DNA of 58,720 nt, filler included, from Sphacelaria rigidula (Eukaryota), in assembly GCA_964200075.2 (NCBI GenBank). It is 4 parts of 4 records of this genome, joined end to end, with 100 filler letters (N's around TTAATTAATTAA, not from the genome) between each part and the next. Parts side by side here need not be neighbours in the genome. Positions count along the whole stretch, not along the records: positions 44,119 to 58,720 come from CAXNAA020002151.1; 3 more parts are not named here. The stretch is one strand, 5' to 3'. Under the pieces are notes generated by a model. It searched no databases, had not been told where the DNA came from, and saw only the letters and a list, made by a program, of their open reading frames with translations. Positions 51,019 to 58,720 of this stretch are shown here, piece after piece. The position numbers and the translations under genes were made by a program. Within the stretch, counting starts at the first letter, position 1; each line of letters opens with the position of its first letter.

Positions 51019-54000
51019 TTGACCACATCCGATCATATAATTCCCAATCAGTTGGATCGAGCTCCTTCCCCGCGATTGTCAACACGCACAGACCTACCTT
51101 CGGCCGGTTCTAATAACAACCGCCCCAACATTTCTTCGGCTATGACCCAACTGCAAAGCTTGCCTACGAAAAGCAGCCCGCAAGTTTCGCTCCGCCATGC
51201 CCCGATCCTGACCCCATCCACGCGACTGGACGCAGTTGTGGTTTCATCCCAATATGTTTTGGAAGTTTCCCGGCCTTTGTCAGGGCGAAAGAAAAAGCCC
51301 CGTGAGCATGCCCCCAAGGACGCGCACGAATCATCACGTACACCTTTTTCGAGCGGAAATTCTCGACCTCAATTTTTCCAAAATGCGACGACTTTGAGTT
51401 CGACGACTCTATCGAGTATTTCGGAAGAAACAAAATCAAATAGTTCTGACGGCACTACTTCTTCAATCAACGACTCCAGCCCCGCACACTCTGGATCCCC
51501 CTTGGACGGTGATCCCTGTCAACCAAAGACGATAATTTACGAAATCGCCAATGATCACTCTGACCGTGCCACACCTGGAAATAATATACCGTCCACCCCC
51601 CGCTCTGGTGAGACATCTGACCCCCCGGCGGATCACCCGCCGTGCGTTTTTGCTGTCAGCCCCGCTCATCCTGACCAATTTACCTTGCCGGAACACGATC
51701 CGGATCTTGTCGGCGGTAAAGTGTCTGTAGATCCGGTCATTTTCACTACCCGCGTTGCGATCCATTCCGGTCCAAACGCTATCACGCCTACGAAATGCGT
51801 ATCCTTGTTGGACAACGGCAGTCCGCAAATATTTATTCGAGATTCAACATGGAAACACATGAAGTAAACTGGCGCTGCTACTGACGCTTGCTAAACCACC
51901 ACTCAACCTCGAGTATGGGGCGGTTTCGGTGATTCTACCGCACCACTGACGACACGTAAACCCGTACGTCTCAGTGTGCAATTCTTTCACAGCACCACTC
52001 GATCTGCCAGCTTGGCAGTCTGGGCATACATTGTCCCCGACAACACAGTGCATCACGCCATATTATTGGGCAGAGATAGCTATATGCGGTTTAATGAACG
52101 CACCTACCGCACGCTTCCACCACTAACGCCACATTCCACGCCTCGTGGGGAGTTCAACCTCGAGCACATCGGCACTCTCCACGGCGCCCTGACCTACCAG
52201 AAGAATCCTCAAGCAACCGGAGCTGCTCACCACCTACGATACAACGGTAGCGTTGGAATTACACCATCCGACAACCCCCAACTTCTAGAAGTTGCACTAG
52301 TTCGCCGAAATGGCATGCTAGCACTCACGGGCCATTATCGTGCCGAAATGTCACCCCGTATTGGCGCACCAGCCGACACAGAACAGTTTGTGTCGGCGGG
52401 ACAACAATTCCTCCCTCTTACGGGTCATGCTAACTTGGAACCCGGTGATGATTTAGGAATCGCCGCTGCTCCCCTGATGTACATCCCACTCGAGACGTGC
52501 GTAACAGAGCCTGCTGCGCCGAACGCCACATCTCCGGCGGAGTCAGTCCATTGTGTCGATGAACCTTATTTCGATCTCGCCTCTGCGACTCGAGCCCAGG
52601 TCCACACCGTGGATCCTGCCCAGTCAAATTCCGATCCTCGTGCTGAAGTGCTTCAAATCGTGTCACCAGATTCTCGGAATAGTTCCTTGCACATGTGGAA
52701 CCAACTGCCGCCACACATGCGTGACATCAAATTTGACTTTCATGGGCCCGGCTGGAAACCGGCAGTCATCCGAGAACTCAGTGATGTCCTGCTACAGTAC
52801 CAAGCCCCATTTTCCCGATCCAAGACGGATCTTGGACATTGCAAAACGCTGCCCTGTGAGGTTACCCTCCAACCCGGTGTCTCGCCGATTTCTTCTCGGC
52901 CATATCGAACCAACCCAATCCTTACCAAGAAAGTCAACACCACCTTGGATGCGTATTTGGGAGCGGGATTAATACAACATTCCTCCTTTCCTTGGGCCTC
53001 GCCCCTTGTGGTCGTCCCCAAAAAGGATGGAATCATGCGCATAACCGTGAATTATCAACGGTTGAACCACGTCACTGTAGTCGGTAAGCTTCCAATTCCC
53101 CGCATTGATGAAGTCTTCGACTCCCTAGGCGAAGGAAAAATATGCAGCACCTTCGACCTCGCTTTTGGATTTTTTCAGAATGCTATACACCCTGACACAA
53201 TCCCACTGATGGTCTTTTGTACCTCGTCCGGACTCTACGAGTGGCTTCGAATGCCACAAGGCGCCGCCACTGCCCCGGCATGCTTTCAACACTTAATGCA
53301 ACGCGTCACCGAGGGCCTCGAGCACATCACCATGTACCTGGGTGACGCTATCGCTTTCGATGCCTCCCCTATTGCACCTATCCGCACTCTACAATAGTTT
53401 CTCTCTCGCCTAGGTACGCACGATTTGAAACTGCCTCCATCCAAAGCTCGCCTTGGTGCGACTGACTTGGATTTCTTGGGGCAGTCCATTTCGCCAGCAG
53501 GCCTGCATTCGTAACTTCGCTCATTGCTAGGCGGGCTATCCTACTATCGCAAATGTTTGCCGAATTTATCGAAACGGATTCGCCTCCTTACTGAGTTACT
53601 CAAGAAAGGAGCCGTGTTTTCTTCACAACCAAAATGGAGAATATCACCCGCGAATCACTGAAGACGCTTACCGAAAAGCCAGTACTCTGCTTTTCTGATT
53701 GGGAGGCAGTACAAGATGGCTCCCGCCTTTTCCAACTCCACACTGACGCTAGCACCAACGAATTCGGAAAAGTTTTGAATCAACCTCAGATTGATGGCTC
53801 CGTCCGACCCATTCTCTATATCAGCCGCGCTACCCTGCCCAACGAAGCCAATTGGAGCCCGCTAGGTGTGGAAGGCGGAGTAATCACTTGGGCCATTAAC
53901 CGCCTTCGACAATATCTGTTTCACGTGCCCTTTGAGATCTATACAGATCACGGAGCACTCGAACAACTAGCCAAGGTTGGCGAACACAACCTGCGTGTAC

Positions 54001-57000
54001 AACGATGGTTGGAGTTTCGAACAGCATATCAGTGTACCATTAAGCACCGTCCAGGCAAAACCAACGGGAACGCTGATCTTCTTTCTCGCCTACCCCTGCC
54101 ACCAACAGCCGTAGATTCCAGCCCAGTTTACCGTTTAAGGGAACCCGATGAACCCGGAATTTACGCGATTAGAAGTTTTTCACCGCCCCTTCACGCCCTC
54201 GACCTCCAGTGCCCGGAAACCGGTATGGATATGGGAGGACCTCGCTCTCTACTATATGACGCCGTCCTGGGTGGGTTAAAGTCCACTACCTCCATTTTTG
54301 TCGATTTTCGCACTTTCGGTACTCGCGCGAAACTCTTCGCGGAGACACCTACAGTCACCCACCTTATCTCCGACAACACGAGCTCCCGGTCTGCCGTCCG
54401 CACCACTCCGAGCGCCCCGCCGCTACCGATAGCACCTGCAAATTCTACAAGCTACCCAGCACAAACTCCATGGACCAACATGCAGCGCTCCGCGAAAACT
54501 TCTGCAACGTGCACCACGCGCCGCGGACAATCTTTGCCGCGCGCTGTCACAGCCGACACTTTCTACAATAGCCCCTCCAAAAAAGTGCATGGTTCTGGGA
54601 GGCAAAAATCTTCCCGTAAATCGAAATGGGAAAAGCCGAGCACAACGAGAAGCTGGGCATTCCCACGCTTGGGTTCGTCCTAGCCAATGCCGCCGATATG
54701 AGGCGCTTCATGCAGCCTGAGCCCGAACTGTATGGTCATTTTTTTCGTGACACTTTTAGCTGGTTTTGGGGGGGGGCTATCGTAGAAAGTGTCAGCCCCG
54801 CCGCCCATAACGGCGCCTCCAACATCTACCGCTCCCGAGCACGGAGCTTACGATTTAGCTCCTGCTTCCGGGACAGATATTGACGTCGGCATTTCTGCCC
54901 CGTCGCCTATTCCCCCGCCGCCTGCCCCACCATGTTTGGTCGGCTCGCCAGCCGAAGGTCAACTACGTGAATTTCTCGCCAGCTACTCTCATCGCCATTG
55001 GGCTCGCGAACAAAACGCAGAACCGCTATGTCGCGCAGCCATGCGGTACTTACAACTCGACTGTCCAGTCCCTTTTCCATCCACACTTCTGGCCCCGGTT
55101 GGCACACTGGCACCACCAGTTATTTCTGACGTATACGAGCTCGTGCGTAAAGGCACCCTGTTCACTTCGGATGAAGGTGTGCAATTACTCGTGCGTCGGC
55201 CCACGCCCTTGGCAGGTGCAATTTCTGCCTCAACCACAGGACGCCGCGCACGACTGCTCGACGAAGAACCAATGCGCATATATGTGCCATTATTAATGCG
55301 CCCCCGGATCATGAAAGGCTGCCACACAGAGTTGTCATGTCACCTTGGCGTCACCCGCGCCCTAGCGCTCTTGGAACGCTTCTACTGGTGGGTTGGCCTG
55401 GAAATTTCAACCCGCTTCTGGATTCGGCGATGGTTCAAATGCCAAGCCCCAAAGGCTGCACGACAGACAGTACGCTGGCCCGTCATCTCTATGGAATTCC
55501 CCGACAAGCCCGACCACCTTGTGCCCTTTAACTACTTCGGCCCTCTACCGACCACAGGTCGCGGCAACACCTACATGTTACTCTTCACCGACCGCTTCAG
55601 CCGCCATGCGTCCATGTACGCGGTAACCGCCGCAGATTTCACTGCCGCCGGAACGGCCGACATATTGGTCCACGATTACATTAAGCACTACGGTTGCCCA
55701 AAGCGACTCCTTTCAGAAAATGGTCAGCAGTTTTGCTCAGATCTCTCTGATGAGCTTTACAAGCTCCTGGACATCCGCAAGATTGTCACGAGCGCCTACC
55801 ACCCGAACGGTAACGGTGGTACCGAAAGAGTTAATCACACCATGGCCCAAATGCTCTCTATGGTTGTCAATGACCGCCAAAATGACGGGGACCTACATCT
55901 CTCGCACATCATGTTGTCCTACAACAACTCGGTTAACGCCGCTAAAGGCCTTTCTCCGAACGAACTCCATCTTGGCCGTTACCCTCGGCTGCCTATCACC
56001 GTGTTTGAGCGCCACACGTTCGACGGCCACCAAGGATTGGATCAGGATTAGATACCTACCACGAGCTAGCGCATGCACGACAACGCAAAGCGTTTGCCCT
56101 CGTGCGCGAACAACACGCTATCAACGCCTTGCGCCTAGAGGGACCTAGCACTGCTCTCTACGACATCATGCACAAAAGCCCAAACTGGAAAGTTGGTGAT
56201 TGGGTTTGAATCTACAACAGTTTGTCGACCATCCGCCAAGGCACCAGCAAGGCAGCCAACGAGACAATTTTGAAGCCAAAATTGCCCCTCAATTGAACAG
56301 GACCATTCAAGATCCTGGCAGTCAGACCATCGTCATCATCACCGGATGATAAACCCATTGGTGACAAACTGCTCTATCTCGACTTGCCTCGCGACTTACA
56401 GGGCAAGGACACCAAACCCCGCGTCTCCGTGCACAGATGCAAACCCTGCACGAACCCACATGATACGAGTGATATGCCCAAGTACCTGCCTGCCGGACTC
56501 ACACAGTATGCTCTCAACAGCTACTCGACCAAGTCCCCGCCATACCACGTTACAACCGACGACGTGACAAAACAGCCCCTTCGATTGACCGTGTCCACCA
56601 TCTCCGGTCATCAGATACCCCGGGGTCGAGGTGGCAAAATCTCTGTCATGTATGAGACACACTGGCACGGTCTTCGGAGAGCGTCTTGGGAACGCGAATC
56701 CGAACTTCAATTGCACCGCCGTGCAATCCTCCTGTACTGGATGCAATTCCAACATCAGCATCTTGCTCACAACAAGAAATATCGCAACATGTATCGTGGC
56801 GCAGAAGCCCGCGAACTTCACCGCGATCAGGGACTACGTCTCGTCGCCGATGGTTACGAACTTGTACCCACCAAGACTTGTAAGACGAAGTTCTTCGCAA
56901 ACCAGCTGCTGCTGCCCAAGGGCAGCTACCTTTGGTTCAAAGGCAGCGACAACCTCTGGTGGTCGGGTCAGACCCACTCCGCTAACCTGGTTTCGGCCGA

Positions 57001-57187
57001 CACATACATCGTGCGCTTCATGGATGGTCCTGGACCTATACAGCTCAAGGTCCGGCCAGCACTATACACCACCAGCCCATCTGCACCCCGCGGATCCTGG
57101 TGCCTCCAGCGTCTTAAGTCCAAAGGACTTCGCCGCGGTCTCCAGCGCAACATCGTCCACACCCACGACGTCAACGCCCCGCTTTGA
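51019..57187 (+). mobile_element. Degenerate Ty3/gypsy pol (PR-RT-RH-IN-chromo-like-PWWP/Tudor-like)
   Basis: PR LLDNGSP...AILLGRD; RT PWASPLVVVPKKDG...YEWLRMPQG...MYLGD; RH LHTDAS...IYTDH...NGNADLLSRLP; IN HLGVTR...FYWW...FTDRFSR...AYHPNGNGGTERVN; GPF motif near 56300. Stops and substituted catalytic residues are present. Confidence 0.95.
54555..54793 (+). mobile_element. 239-bp MITE nested between RNase H and integrase
   Basis: 21-bp TIRs GACACTTTCTAC(A/G)ATAGCCCC, 4-bp TSD AGCC. Excision fuses ORFs 53634-54683 and 54789-56051 in frame (RAVTA-PPPITA). Confidence 0.92.
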
Positions 57188-57213
57188 ACCACGCTCTCTT
57201 GTCGCAACTGTTG

Positions 57214-57244
<31 letters not shown>

Positions 57245-58647
57245 CTTTTTTTCCTTTCCTCTCCTCCTCTCTTCCCCCCCCCCCTTCTCTACTCACTCAC
57301 CNNNNNNNNNNCCCCCCCCACACCCCCCCCCCCCCCCACCGCCACCCCCCCCTTTTAACCCCCCCCCTTTTTCCCCACTTTTCCCCCCCCCCCCCCCCCC
57401 CCCATTTTTCTGTAGCATTGTCTGCCCTCCCTTCTCCAGGAAAACCCTCATCTACAACATCACAACCGCGCGACCTACATCGGACGACGATCAAGAATTA
57501 CTGAGACAACCACCATCTACGACTGCTGGAGCTATAGTATTCCCTTGCGGCTGGCGCTCGATCTCGTTGGATCCCCGATTTCCAGATTTCTGATCTTGCA
57601 GTTTTTTGCACCTTTGGATTCCCCCAGATTGAAGCTCTGCTCCCTGTTATACCTTTGGCTTCCCCCAGCTTAGAGCTCTGCTCCCTGTTGTACCTCCCTG
57701 TTTCTCCGCCTTAAATTTTGCTAGGACGCCGAAGCAATTTGTGCTTCTTCGTTGATCGCTAGCCCGCAGAAGCATCTTGTGCTTCCGTGTTTCGGAGAAG
57801 TTTGTTTGTGCTCCTCGAAGCAGTCTATGTTTCCCTTCTTTTGAGGTGTGGGAGTGGGTACAGGATTGTTGGACTGTTTCCTTAGAACGCTTTTCAGTTC
57901 GGTACGGGACTGTTTCCTTAGGTATGCTTTATAAGCCGCTCATGACTTTACGGGTGAAACAATACTCAGTTTTCGCTGCTTTGACGATAAATCCTCGCAG
58001 CTGTGATAAAGGTTCGTCTGGGTTGGTTAGTGTCATGAAGACGCATATCAGCTTGTTGATATGCCGCTTCAGATCCGATGTCGAGTCTGGCTATTTGCTT
58101 TCTGGTATCCCGGTATCCTAGACTGCAGGTCTGTTCAGAGGTGGTCTGGTACGACTATGGGCTTGTATATTGCAGAGATGATGTCGGCTTTATTCGTCCC
58201 AGCACGAACAAAGCTCCCACCATCTGACACTACCATCTTCTACTCTACTCCAGCCAAAGAAGCCTAAGCATCGGTGAGACTGATTGAGCGTGAGGTTGGC
58301 TTGATTGATTGGAGACGGGAAGGTAGAGACAAGATGATAAAGAAGAAGACGAGAACTGCGCGTGAGACTTCATCCTGACACGCTGTGGAGGAGCTGTGCC
58401 GAACGGTTGTCCACTTTGCCTTGTAAGCCTGTGCTTGGACTGTAAGCCTGTGCCTTGCTATAACAGCACCGCAACCTCATTACAATCGTCTAATGCATCA
58501 AGCGATTTCATGCTATCTTCGTTCACGTCCCGCATTTCCCTCTCTAGCACACCATGTTCCTCCATGTATACTTCACATTATGGCACTAAATAACTTCTGC
58601 TCTCTATTCCTTTGCTACAGAGGCAGTTCTGTCCATATACTTCCTCA

Positions 58648-58720
58648 TGGTGAGACACCCATGAGGCAGTGTATAAGCTGTGGCTGTCTCGGGAAGTGGC
58701 GATACCAAAAAATAAAGCAA
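58648..58720 (+). mobile_element. LINE 3'-UTR fragment at the scaffold end
   Basis: Matches 39780-39862. Confidence 0.7.

Noticed and set aside
57210-57410. Poly-proline ORFs
   Set aside because: Poly-C low-quality sequence flanking a gap.

Overview
This is eukaryotic, repeat-rich genomic DNA with GT-AG spliced genes. The intron style, RTE-like LINE tails and a ciliary gene suggest a brown alga or other stramenopile (inference). It is not one locus. Four scaffolds of nearly equal, descending length (1-14607, 14708-29313, 29414-44018, 44119-58720) are joined by artificial N44-TTAATTAATTAA-N44 linkers. Host genes reconstructed by eye: a partial HSF-domain transcription factor (minus strand, scaffold 1), a complete 4-exon, 140-aa TMEM107-like ciliary protein (plus strand, scaffold 2) and an AIG1/GIMAP-like GTPase ORF (minus strand, scaffold 3). 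The rest is mostly decayed mobile DNA. An RTE-like LINE has its RT core replaced by a mosaic of a copia RNase H fragment, an ankyrin-repeat pseudogene and a variant telomeric array. There are two degenerate Ty3/gypsy elements and many non-autonomous TIR elements with readable TSDs (TA, TTAA, 8-bp, 4-bp, 2-bp). The best novelty candidate is the scaffold-4 gypsy integrase, which ends in a chromo-like domain followed by a second PWWP/Tudor-like module. All protein assignments are motif recognition by eye; no database search was run.
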